From NCBI GenBank assembly GCA_963814585.1, contig CAWFDF010000008.1, positions 512,001 through 576,000 of the forward strand: a stretch of DNA of 64,000 nucleotides. The letters are read 5' to 3'. This DNA comes from an uncultured delta proteobacterium. GTDB lineage: Bacteria > Myxococcota > Myxococcia > Myxococcales > Anaeromyxobacteraceae. Both the position numbers and the translations under genes were made by a program. The notes beneath the pieces are model-generated. The model ran no database searches, was not told the origin of the DNA, and saw only the letters and a program-made list of their open reading frames with translations. Positions 31,101 through 39,828 of the stretch are shown here, piece after piece. Within the stretch, counting starts at the first letter, position 1. Each line of letters opens with the position of its first letter.

Positions 31101-32569
31101 GCTCCAGCGTCTACTGCCACGATCCGAAGGGCACCGACACGGCGGCGACGGCCACGACGCCGGCGTGGACCGGCGCCACGGCGGTGGCAGCCTGCGGCAG
31201 CTGCCACGGCCTTCCGCCGGCCGGAACCGGTCACCCGGCCGACGCCAGCTGCAGCGGCTGCCACCCGGGCTACGCCGATGCACCGGGCGCCGCGAGCACC
31301 ATCGCGGCGGTGAACGCGCTGAGCCACATCAACGGCCAGCTCGACGGAGGCGGCGACTGCACCGGCTGCCACGCCACGACGCAGTCCATGGCGGCGGGCG
31401 GGACGCGCCGCGCCATCGTTCCGGAGTTCGCCCTGGCCTGGTCGCACAAGCGCTCGGGCGGCGGCACCGTCACCAAGTTCGACTGCGCCGTCTGCCACAT
31501 GGAGGGCGACACGGCCTCCGGTGACACCACGGCCGTCCACAGGGACGGCGTCATCAACCTGAGGGACCCGGACACCGGCGCCAACATCAAGGGCGTGACC
31601 TTCTCCGGGACCGGCGCGGGGGCCTACGCGAGCACGGCGACCGACATGACCTTCGTCGAGTTCAGCCGGAACCTCTCCAGCGCCACGCTGGAGCCGGCGG
31701 TCCAGGCCATCATGGTCAACCAGTGCCTCAAGTGCCACGACGGCAACGGCGCGCTGAGCGCCTCGGCGCGGGTGCCGTCGACGGGGACGGCGGAGAAGCC
31801 GTTCGGGACCACCATCTCCGGCGCGGCCTACGCCGGGGCTGGCGTGACCGCCAACGGCGTGCCGGGCGGCGTCACCGACGTCAGCGCCTCCTTCGCGCCG
31901 GCCAACTCCTCCTACCACCCGGTGACCGCGAGGCAGAACAACTGGTACGCCAAGCTCACGCGCATGGCCGCGCCGTGGAACGCGGCGGCGAGGGGTGCCA
32001 CCGTCGACATCACCAGCTGGGGCCCGTTGCTCTCCTGCTGGGACTGCCACGCCGGCACGGGCGCGACCGGGATCCTCACCGCCACGGTCACGGCCCACGG
32101 CGGCGCGGTGACCCTGCGCGGCAACGCGACCGCCCCGACCACGGCCCGGGCCGCCGCGACGACCAACGAGGCCACCCTCTGCAAGATCTGCCACGCCGGC
32201 TACGACGCCAGCACCGGCCCCAACCACGGGACCGGCTCGGCGTTCCCGAGCAACGGGAGCGGGAACATGGTGTTCTACACGCGGTGGGGCTGCAACAAGT
32301 GCCACGGCAGCAACTACACCACGGCGGTGGTGCGGCCCGTCCGCGCCCAGGACGTCCACGGCGTCGACTCGCTGCCGGCGAATGGGACCAAGATCTCCAG
32401 GTGGTCCACCGACCCCAGGCCCTATGCCTTCATCCGCAACACCACGGCGCTGTCGAACCACCAGCCGGGCCGGATTGGCGCGACGGCCTACTCCCCGAAC
32501 TGCGTGCACCTCGCCGACACGGACTGCAACAGCCGCACCGAGACCTACTCGCCTGGCGGCACCTACTAG
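28136..32569 (+). CDS. Giant multiheme c-type cytochrome lipoprotein (1477 aa; 28 CxxCH, 4 CxxxCH, 1 CxxxxCH)
   Basis: Lipobox LSGC; motifs counted by hand from the translation; five repeated VGAHxxH modules. Confidence 0.92.
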   Translation: MRSRRLLASAALASLASLAILSGCDKARPLPAPADPSRGCTSCHGGQDNSTGAPPWSLPRNAAGDIVSGGNQVDGAAATTHVEVGAHSRHVSRGVSCGACHVVPTQISSPGHNTGKRATVTFKELAAAGNVIPSAWNADPGAASHTCSNYCHGSPPFSAGGSNHAPDWLRPADGACGTCHGQGTSGNPLPPAGAGHPQVDGAGQPIPITGCIACHPGTVNADGTINVAGGKHVNGVLDGGSGHPAGWADPASHGPAATAGLQNCAACHGADFSGGTSGVSCNACHATAGHPSWQTECTFCHGDPARTADAAFPEVGTGAVVRANLASPPVGSQGENAISAYAVGAHQAHVSPTRYADAMPCAECHGPALPADTAHVGGQVLLGWGPVAAAHGTPLAPPAGETNRWNDATLPANGANCTNYCHGATLGGGTRPSPKWNEGPSGASCGSCHALPPAASAGHVQRGDCATCHPGYPSSPVAASTITGAALATHVDGTAQVVPLSCTTCHGGANPAPPVDTTGASTGVKVGAHQRHLATTLSAAAITCDECHPTVSSTGHADGAVNVSWNLGATVWAGATFPAVTPAAGPLPAGWEATPTCTNYCHGGFTNGRAATVDWTSTIAMTCNSCHGAGTGAAATLPGGTHPQGNSTCSACHTGYTATTVNGAAHLNGQYDVSASSCTACHGAKGAYTPIPGADGLAPVAPPTAADGTNTLIRVGAHQAHVNQATYRASPLACSACHPIPNTHGGTRDAAWSALATNTIVNGTPVTMAPTPAAATGYTTTWEATPTCTNACHGGNIPSNASRPAPSWTAAGGLACTSCHGAPPPLSATANQSHPQNTACDDCHGAGYGAAAVNRPTHIDGTLDRITSGCTACHGDRADPAVTLTTSTFKAAPGATSAPTSTDTTGAGATTDPGVGAHRAHLVGSGGTPRWRSAAIACTECHALPAIDSDTTHATGVGTGGALASLSWGPLATDSEFETKTPGYAQPTCSSVYCHDPKGTDTAATATTPAWTGATAVAACGSCHGLPPAGTGHPADASCSGCHPGYADAPGAASTIAAVNALSHINGQLDGGGDCTGCHATTQSMAAGGTRRAIVPEFALAWSHKRSGGGTVTKFDCAVCHMEGDTASGDTTAVHRDGVINLRDPDTGANIKGVTFSGTGAGAYASTATDMTFVEFSRNLSSATLEPAVQAIMVNQCLKCHDGNGALSASARVPSTGTAEKPFGTTISGAAYAGAGVTANGVPGGVTDVSASFAPANSSYHPVTARQNNWYAKLTRMAAPWNAAARGATVDITSWGPLLSCWDCHAGTGATGILTATVTAHGGAVTLRGNATAPTTARAAATTNEATLCKICHAGYDASTGPNHGTGSAFPSNGSGNMVFYTRWGCNKCHGSNYTTAVVRPVRAQDVHGVDSLPANGTKISRWSTDPRPYAFIRNTTALSNHQPGRIGATAYSPNCVHLADTDCNSRTETYSPGGTY

Positions 32570-32597
32570 GAGCCGGTAGGGCTCGGGGCTCCTCGCA

Positions 32598-32627
32598 CCG
32601 GCATGGAGCCTCCCGACTCCATGCCGG
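32598..32627 (+). terminator. Hairpin after the giant cytochrome gene
   Basis: Perfect 11-bp stem CCGGCATGGAG / CTCCATGCCGG; no U-tract. Confidence 0.45.
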
Positions 32628-32683
32628 CCCTCGAGGCCGGGCGCGGTTGACCGCCTCCCGTCCCCTTGGTAGCCAGGGCGGGC

Positions 32684-33805
32684 GTGCGTCCTCCTCGTCC
32701 GGCACCGGCCAGCCTCCTCGCCGCCACGCTGGCCATCGCCCTGGCCGGCATGGCCTGCCGGGCCGCGCCCCGTCCTGCGCTCGCCGCCTCGAGCGAGGCG
32801 GGGACGCCGTCGTGGGAGCTCGACAACCCGGTCCAGCCGCTCCCCGCCCCGCCGCTCGGCAGCCCGGCCGACTTCGCCGCCACGCCGTGGGTCACGCCGG
32901 AGAAGGTTCGACTCGGCCGCTGGCTCTTCCACGACGCGCGCCTCTCGGCCGACGGCACGCTCTCCTGCGCCTCCTGCCACCGCCCCGCGCACGGCTTCTC
33001 CGAGCCGAGCGCGCACTCCACCGGCATCCGCGGCCAGCGGGGGACCCGAAAGGCGCCGCCCATCCTCAACGCCGCCTGGCCCATCTACCCGGTCTGGTTC
33101 TGGGACGGCCGCGCCGCCAGCCTCGCCGAGCAGGCCAAGGGGCCGCTGGCCAACCCCATCGAGATGGCCAGCCCGCTCGACGCCGTGGTGGCCACCGTGG
33201 CCGCCCGCCCAGGATACCGGCGCGCCTTCGCCCAGGCCTTCGGCGACGAGCGGCTGGACATCGACCGGATCGCCGAGGCCCTGGCAGCCTACGAGGCGAC
33301 CCGCCTCTCCGGCAACTCGCGCGCCGACCGGTTCGACGCCGGCGACGAGTCGGCCCTCTCGCCGGCGGAGCGGCGCGGGCGCGAGCTCTTCTTCGGCCGC
33401 GCCGGCTGCAACAAGTGCCACCTCGGCCCCAACTACACCGACGCCCGCTTCCACAACCTCGGCGCCGGCTGGCGCCAGCCGCCGCCGGGCGCGCCGCTGG
33501 CCAGCGGCTTCGCCGATCCGGGCCGCGCCGCCGTGACGCACGACGAGCGCGACACCGGCGCCTTCAAGACCCCCACGCTCCGCGAGGTCTCCCGGCGCGC
33601 TCCGTACATGCACGACGGCTCGCTGGCGACGCTGCGCGATGCGGTGGCCCATTACCGCCTGGGCGGCATCCCCAACCCGTGGCTGTCGGAGCTGTCCAGG
33701 CCCATCCCGCTCACCGGGACCGAGGTGGACGAGCTGGTCGCCTTCCTCGTCGCCCTCGACGGCGAGGGGTTCGCCGACGTCCCGCCGAGGTCCTTCCCCC
33801 GGTGA
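32684..33805 (+). CDS. Diheme cytochrome c peroxidase / MauG family
   Basis: LGRWLFHDARLS..GTLSCASCH, FWDGRA.SL.EQ, NPIEM, CNKCH, FKTPTLR, PYMHDGS; start uncertain (32666 or 32684). Confidence 0.92.
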   Translation: MRPPRPAPASLLAATLAIALAGMACRAAPRPALAASSEAGTPSWELDNPVQPLPAPPLGSPADFAATPWVTPEKVRLGRWLFHDARLSADGTLSCASCHRPAHGFSEPSAHSTGIRGQRGTRKAPPILNAAWPIYPVWFWDGRAASLAEQAKGPLANPIEMASPLDAVVATVAARPGYRRAFAQAFGDERLDIDRIAEALAAYEATRLSGNSRADRFDAGDESALSPAERRGRELFFGRAGCNKCHLGPNYTDARFHNLGAGWRQPPPGAPLASGFADPGRAAVTHDERDTGAFKTPTLREVSRRAPYMHDGSLATLRDAVAHYRLGGIPNPWLSELSRPIPLTGTEVDELVAFLVALDGEGFADVPPRSFPR

Positions 33806-33842
33806 CCGGTGACGTGTCAGACCGCCCTGCCACACTCCGGGT

Positions 33843-34673
33843 GTGCGGCGGTTCGTGACCATCGACCTGGAGACGGTACCCGACGAGGAGCTGGTGGCCT
33901 CGGTCGGGCGCCACGGGGGAGCCAGCTACGCCGAGCAGCTGAAGCGGGTGGTCGCCGATCGGCGCGCCCGCACCGGCGGCCGCAGCGACTTCCTCCCGCT
34001 TCCCTACCACCGCCCCGTGGCCGCCTGCCTGCTCGAGGCCGTGGAGGAGCGCGGGCTGGTGACGCCCACCGACGCCGTGTGCTGGACCGATCAGAAGGAG
34101 CCGGAGGCGCGGTTCCTCGAGCGGGTCTGGGCGCGGCTGGAGGGCGCCACCGCCATCACCTTCCACGGCGGCGGGTTCGACCTGCCGGTCCTGGCGCTCC
34201 GGTCCCTGAAGCTGCGGGTGCCGGCGCCGGGCTGGTCCGGCGAGGCGCGCCGGGGCGGGTCGCCGGCCCACGTCGACGTCAAGGAGCTGCTGGCCGGCGC
34301 CGGCTCGGGGGGCGCGGCGCCGCTCGACCTCTACGCCAAGCTGGTGGGCCTGCCGGGCAAGGTGGACGTGGCCGGGGAGGACGTCGGCGCGCTCTACGCC
34401 GCCGGGGCCCACGACCGGATCGCCGCCTACTGCATGACCGACGTGATCCAGACCTGGCTGCTCTGGCTGCGCCACCGGCTGGTCGACGGCTCGCTCACGC
34501 ACGACGGCTACGAGGAGAGCGCCGCGGCCGCGCAGGCCCGGCTGCCGGCGCTGCTCTCGGCTCGCCTCTCGCCGGGCGAGCTGGTCTCGCTCGCGGACTT
34601 CCTCGAGCGCTGCGCCCCGTTCTTCTGCGAGTCGCGCCCGGCCCGGCACGACGTCCGCCGCGCCTCCGGTTAG
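33843..34673 (+). CDS. 3'-5' exonuclease, PolB-like (DEDDy) family
   Basis: IDLETVPD, TFHG..FDLPVL, HVDV, GLPGK, YCMTDV. Confidence 0.85.
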   Translation: MRRFVTIDLETVPDEELVASVGRHGGASYAEQLKRVVADRRARTGGRSDFLPLPYHRPVAACLLEAVEERGLVTPTDAVCWTDQKEPEARFLERVWARLEGATAITFHGGGFDLPVLALRSLKLRVPAPGWSGEARRGGSPAHVDVKELLAGAGSGGAAPLDLYAKLVGLPGKVDVAGEDVGALYAAGAHDRIAAYCMTDVIQTWLLWLRHRLVDGSLTHDGYEESAAAAQARLPALLSARLSPGELVSLADFLERCAPFFCESRPARHDVRRASG

Positions 34674-34713
34674 TGCCTGGGGCGCGGCACTGGTTCCCCG
34701 AACCAGGCTGGCC

Positions 34714-34748
34714 CTCCCTGCGGCGTCACCTACGCCGCGTTGCGGGAG
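34714..34748 (-). promoter_or_regulatory. Putative bacterial SECIS element
   Basis: Directly after the UGA on the minus strand: CTCCC..GCGGCGT-AGGTG-ACGCCGC-A-GGGAG; G-rich apical loop begins 19 nt after the UGA. Confidence 0.7.
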
Positions 34749-35254
34749 CTTCAGCCGGGGCGCCACGGCGGCTCGGCGCCACCATCGGGAGAGACCGTCG
34801 GCGGGGCCAGCCCGAGCAGCGCCGCCGCGCTCGCCGCCAGCCGGTTGGCGTCCTCCCGGCTCCACCCCTCCGCGGCCGCGACGATCCGGCCCCCCCGATC
34901 GACGAGGATCCACGTCGGCGTGACCCTCGCGCCCAGCGCGTCCGAGGCCCGCCACGGCTCGGGATCGCGCAGCACCCGGACCTTCCCGGCCCAGCCGCAG
35001 GCCTCCGCGAAGGCGGCCGTCCCGGCCTGGTCGTCCTGCGAGATGGCGAGGACCCGGAGGCCGTCCAGGCCGGCGAAGCGGGGCAGCACCAGCCCCGCCA
35101 CCGCGGTGGCGGGACAGTCGGCCTTGTAGACGAAGAGGAGCGCCGGCCCCTCCCCCTCCAGCGACCGGAGCGGGACCGGTGCGCCGACCTCGTCGGAGAC
35201 CTCGGCGGCTGGGAGGAGGGCACCGGCCGCGAGCTGGGGCGGGAGCGCGGGCAT
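34730..35254 (-). CDS. Redoxin (TlpA/AhpC-TSA fold), probable selenoprotein with Sec at UGA 34753-34751 (...WRPG-U-SSRNAA*)
   Basis: Thioredoxin-fold motifs LLFVYKADCPAT, LAISQD, TPTWILVDRGG; in-frame TGA followed by 6 codons to TAG and a SECIS-like hairpin. Confidence 0.75.
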
Positions 35255-35368
35255 GCCGGCATGCTGCCCCGGCCCGCCCCGCCACGCAACGGCCGGCCTG
35301 GAAGACGGCACGGCCGGCCCGGGTGCCCCCGGCCGGCCGTGGACCTGTGCTGCGCCTGGCGCCTTCGA

Positions 35369-35500
35369 CTAGCGGGGGCCCTTCTTGGCGCGACGCTTGC
35401 GCTTGATCGACAGGGCCCGCTTCCGCTTCACCTGCGCCCGCTTCGGCTTGCTGCGGTGCGACGCCTTGCGCTTCGAACGATTGCCCTTGATGGCGGCCAT
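35369..35500 (-). CDS. Small, extremely basic protein (43 aa), absent from the ORF track
   Basis: GGAGGAGG Shine-Dalgarno; MAAIKGNRSKRKASHRSKPKRAQVKRKRALSIKRKRRAKKGPR*; all Lys encoded by AAG, consistent with host codon usage. Confidence 0.7.
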   Translation of the reverse strand: MAAIKGNRSKRKASHRSKPKRAQVKRKRALSIKRKRRAKKGPR

Positions 35501-35539
35501 GCGGTCCTCCTCCTGATCCTGGTTGAAAGCGGCGGCAAT

Positions 35540-36643
35540 CTACTCCAGCCAGTCCTTGTCGCGAAGCTTCTTCGGCAGGTACTCCTCGGTGATGAAGCTG
35601 ATGCCCCGCCGCGAGAGGGCCTCCAGCTCGAACTTCAGGCCGGAGCGGACCATCTCCTGGATCTCCCGCTGCCACCGCTTGTCGGCGAACCAGGGGTAGG
35701 CCAGCATCTGCCTGGCGCGCGCCACGTCGCCGTCGTCCATCTTGATGGCCACGTTCATGGGCAGCTGGTACTTGTCCTTGTCGAAGCTGGAGAGCCCGAC
35801 GAAGCGGGCCGAGGGCACCGCCATCCGCATCGACTCGTAGGCCAGGTTGATCGATCCCTGCTTCATCACCGAGTAGATGTAGAAGCCCCACGGATCGTTG
35901 TCGACCAGCACGTAGACCGGCAGGCGCAGCTCGGCGTGGAGCCGCTGCACCATGCGCCGGACCCCGCGCGGCGGCTGGCCTCCGCCCTGGACGATGATGC
36001 ACCGCTCCCGCTTCCAGAACTTGTCCTCGTTGAAGCGGCTCCAGACGGCGTCCTTCTCGATGAGGAGGACGTACCTGGCCTCGTGCTTGCCGAACTGGAC
36101 GACGTTCTCCTCGACGATGGAGGGCACGGCCCAGCCGCCCGAGCCCATTCGCCGGAGGTCGATGGTGTCCCCGGTGTCGCGGATGGTGACCGGGCCGACC
36201 ATCGAGCCCTTGCGCGACGCGAAGAGGTGCAGCTCCTCGCGCAGGGCGTCGAGCGAGACCTCGAGGTCCTCGATGATGGGGTCCGACTCGTCCTGCTCCT
36301 CGAAGGTGTTCTGCCTCGAGTCGCCGATGGTGTGCTTGGTGATGTAGTAGAGGTCGCGGATGCTGGTGGTCTTGCCGCTCTCCACCAGCTCCTTGCAGGC
36401 GTCCGAGACCAGGAAGGTCTGCATGAACTTCTTGGCCATCGCCACGTTGAAGAAGTAGCGCTTCTGCTTCTGGCTCCCCAGCTGCACCACGCCCTTCTTC
36501 TTGTCGAAGTGGACGTTGGCCAGCGAGCGGATGGGGATCTCCACGAAGGGGTTCTTCCTCCCCTTCACCGCCTTCAGCACGCCCTCGGCGAGCCGCTCGA
36601 TCTTGTCGACCGTCCTCTTGGAAACCGCGTCCAGGCGAGCCAT
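35540..36643 (-). CDS. top6A: DNA topoisomerase VI subunit A
   Basis: IRDLYY catalytic Tyr, QDESDPIIEDLE, TOPRIM LIEKDA / GQPPR / VDNDPWG, ELEAL. Confidence 0.95.
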   Translation of the reverse strand: MARLDAVSKRTVDKIERLAEGVLKAVKGRKNPFVEIPIRSLANVHFDKKKGVVQLGSQKQKRYFFNVAMAKKFMQTFLVSDACKELVESGKTTSIRDLYYITKHTIGDSRQNTFEEQDESDPIIEDLEVSLDALREELHLFASRKGSMVGPVTIRDTGDTIDLRRMGSGGWAVPSIVEENVVQFGKHEARYVLLIEKDAVWSRFNEDKFWKRERCIIVQGGGQPPRGVRRMVQRLHAELRLPVYVLVDNDPWGFYIYSVMKQGSINLAYESMRMAVPSARFVGLSSFDKDKYQLPMNVAIKMDDGDVARARQMLAYPWFADKRWQREIQEMVRSGLKFELEALSRRGISFITEEYLPKKLRDKDWLE

Positions 36644-36646
36644 GGG

Positions 36647-38723
36647 CTACTCCGCCTCCTCTTCGCCGCGCCGCGGCCGACGGGTGAGCTTCTCGCTGGC
36701 CTCTTCCAGCTTCCTGTCCTCGGCGGCCAGATCGGCCTCCGTCACCTGGCCGGCCACCCTGAGGAAGTCGCGCTGGATGCCGTCGCGGCTCTTCCCGGTG
36801 ATGCGGTGGATGGCGTCGGCCACCTCCTCGATGTAGAGCTCGAAGATGGAGCGGCGCTGCGCCTGGTAGTCGGCCTGCTGCTTCTTGCGGATGAAGGTGG
36901 CCAGCTTGCGCCCGCACTCCTGCGCGGCCAGCTGGATCTCGCGGATGATCTCGGGGTAGTGGGCCAGCGCCTCCTTGGCCTCGCTGGTGAACGGCACCCA
37001 CACCGAGGCGATGTGGACCAGCAGGGCCATGGGCCCGACCGGCAGCGAGCCCTTGGGCTGCGAGAGCATGTAGTTTCGCCAGTCGGTCTTGACGATCGAC
37101 TCGGTCATCCCGCAGGCACTGCGCTGGAAGAGCAGCGGCACCCGGTTGGCGAAGCGGAAGAGCTCGATGGTCTTGTCGGCCGGCCAGGAGCCGCCGTAGG
37201 CCAGGCCGACCTCCACCTGGAACGGGTTGCCGCGATAGACCTTGGGAGGGCGGGTCACCGTGGCGATGAAGTAGTCGTGCCCCTTGATCTTCTCGACCCC
37301 CTCCTCCGGCGTCGCCGGCGGCACCGGCGGCGGCGCCACCTCGGCGGCCCTTCCCTTCCTCCTGGTGGCCTTCTTCTTGGCGGCGGCGTCGAGGTCGAGC
37401 TGGCCGTCCTCCTCCTCCGGGCCCTCCGACTCGATGACCGAGAGGAAGCTCACCAGCCCGCGCCGCATCAGCTCGTCGCCGATGGGGCTGAGGCAGCCGG
37501 TGGACGGCGCCATGATCCTGGTGGCCAGGATCCCGCTGCGCAGCTTCTCGGCCAGCGCGCGGTCCCCGCCGATCTCCCGCGGGCGCAGCCGCTCCTTCAG
37601 GCCCGCGTTCCTCAGGATCTCGGCGGCCACCGGCGGCGACACCCGGCTGAAGGCGGTCTGCAGGAAGCCCTTCAGGTCGTGGCTCTTCGACTCCGAGGCC
37701 ATGAGCATGAGGGCGCCCAGCTCGACGCCGTGCGGGTGCGGCTTGATCTCGAGGGCCTCCTTGGGCAGCTCCTCGGTGGCGCGCGGGAAGGTGAGCAGCG
37801 GCTGGCGAGGCCGCTGGTAGTGCACGGTGGCGTGCGGGTTGGCGAGCGCGGTGTGCTCCACGTAGCGGTTGACGAACCGCTGCCCGGTCCGCCAGTCGGC
37901 CACGATCTCGAGCTCGATGCGGGTGCCGTGGTCCAGGTGCCAGTCGCGCTGCTCCTCGTCGGCCACCACCGTGGGGTTGTTCTTGCGGGTGTCGATCTGG
38001 ATCTCGAAGACGTGGGCCGGCTTGCCCCTCCCGGTGCGCGAGGTCACGCGGATGGGCCGGCCGGTGGTCAGCTGGCCGTACATGGCCGCCGCCGAGATGC
38101 CGATGCCCTGCTGGCCTCGCGACTGCTTGAGCCGGTGGAACTTGGAGCCGTAGAGCAGCTTGCCGAAGATCTTGGGGACCTGCGCCTTGACGATGCCGGG
38201 GCCGTTGTCCTCGACGATGACCACGAAGCGCCCTTCGCCCCTGGTCAGCTCCCCCTGGCCCTTGGCGTCGAGCCCGAGGTCGCGGACCTCGATGGTCAGC
38301 TCGGGGAGGATGCCGGCCTCCTCGCAGGCGTCGAGCGAGTTGTCCACCGCCTCCTTGATGGTGGTGAGCAGCGCCTTGGAGGGGTTGTCGAAGCCGAGCA
38401 GGTGCCGGTTCTTGGTGAAGAACTCGGAGATGGAGATCTCCCGCTGCTTGGTGGCCATCTGCTCGGCGGTGGCGCGGCGCCTGGGCTTCCGGTCCAGCTC
38501 GCGGGACGGCTCGACGGGCCCGCCCGGCGCTTCGACCGCCGCTGGGGGAGGCGGCGCGGCCGGAACCCTGGCCGCCTTCGGCCTGGCCTTCGCCGGCGCA
38601 GCCTTCCCCGGCCGTGCCGGGGCCCTGGCCGGCGCCACGTCGAGCAGCGAGAGCTGCCGTTCCGCCCTGGCGGACCCCGTGAGCCTTCCCCTTCGCCGCC
38701 GCCGCCTTCTTGGTTGCCGCCAT
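36647..38723 (-). CDS. top6B: DNA topoisomerase VI subunit B; K/A/P-rich N-terminal extension with apparent frameshift at ~38685
   Basis: SISEFFTKNRHLLGFDN, KEAVDNSLDACEE, EDNGPGI, SRGQQGIGIS, RFANRVPLL, VPFTSEAKE; ATG 38723 is in another frame. Confidence 0.95.
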
Positions 38724-38828
38724 GGTCCCCTAAACCCTCGCGATATCGAACGCTTCCGGTCTAGCACGCGGCCCCCGGAGGCGCGACAAAACGGCTCCCG
38801 GGATTGACCTTTCCAGGGGGGTGGTTAC

Positions 38829-39782
38829 ATGAGGACCATGCCATTCGATCCCGCCAGAACCGCCAGGAATCCTGCCGCTCCCCGACCCGCCCCGGCCGGC
38901 GCGCCGCCTGCCGGCGTCGGCCGCAACTACGCCCGCACCGCCGTGCTCATGGGCGGCCTGGTGGCGCTGCTGGCCATCGGCGGCAGCCTGGTCGGCGGAC
39001 CCCGGGGGATGCTCGCCTTCGGCGCCATCGGCCTCGTCTTCAACTTCCTCGCCTACTGGTTCTCCGACAAGCTGGCGCTCCTGGGCAATGGCGCCCGCCC
39101 GGTCGAGCGGGCCGACCTGCCCGAGGTGTACGAGATCGTGGAGCGGCTGACGCGCCGGGCCGGCCTGCCCATGCCGCGCATCTACGTCATCCCCTCCGAG
39201 GCCCCCAACGCCTTCGCCACCGGCCGCGATCCGGAGCACGCCGCCGTGGCCGTCACCGCGGGGATCCTCCGGATCCTCGACCGGCGCCAGCTGGAGGGCG
39301 TGCTGGCCCACGAGCTGGCCCACGTCCAGAACCGGGACATCCTCATCGCCACGGTGGCGGGGGCCATCGCCGGGCTCATCTCCACCATCGGCTACGTGAT
39401 GCGCTGGGGCGCCATCCTCGGCGGCGGCCGCAGCGACCGCGAGGACGGGCCGAGCGGCCTGGAGCTGCTGGCCTGGGCCATCGTGGCGCCGCTGGTGGCG
39501 CTGGTCATCCAGCTGGCCATCTCCCGCTCGCGCGAGTTCGGGGCCGACGCCACCGGCGCCGCGCTGGTGGGAGACCCCGAGCCGCTGGCGCAGGCGCTGC
39601 TCACGCTGGAGCGAGGCAACGACCTCTCCCCCATGGCCTCGGCCGGCCCGGCCACCGCCCACCTCTTCATCGTCAACCCGCTGCGCGGCGGGGTCGGGAA
39701 GGTGCTGTCCTTCTTCTCGACCCACCCGCCGGTCGAGGAGCGGGTGGCCCGGCTGCGGGCGCTGCGCGGCCAGCTGCGGTAG
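38829..39782 (+). CDS. htpX: Zinc metalloprotease HtpX (M48)
   Basis: PNAFATGR, HELAH, SRSREFGAD, FSTHPP. Confidence 0.93.
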   Translation: MRTMPFDPARTARNPAAPRPAPAGAPPAGVGRNYARTAVLMGGLVALLAIGGSLVGGPRGMLAFGAIGLVFNFLAYWFSDKLALLGNGARPVERADLPEVYEIVERLTRRAGLPMPRIYVIPSEAPNAFATGRDPEHAAVAVTAGILRILDRRQLEGVLAHELAHVQNRDILIATVAGAIAGLISTIGYVMRWGAILGGGRSDREDGPSGLELLAWAIVAPLVALVIQLAISRSREFGADATGAALVGDPEPLAQALLTLERGNDLSPMASAGPATAHLFIVNPLRGGVGKVLSFFSTHPPVEERVARLRALRGQLR

Positions 39783-39828
39783 CCGGCCCGGGCGCGCGCG
39801 ATCCTGCCGGCGGGCGGGGTCCCCCGAC

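Noticed and set aside
28184..38764. Very long antisense or alternate-frame ORFs (28184-33862, 33711-38723, 33809-38764, also 14181-17369 and 53751-57956)
   Set aside because: Shadow ORFs expected in very GC-rich DNA; they are R/G/A/P-rich, have no motifs, and overlap well-supported genes
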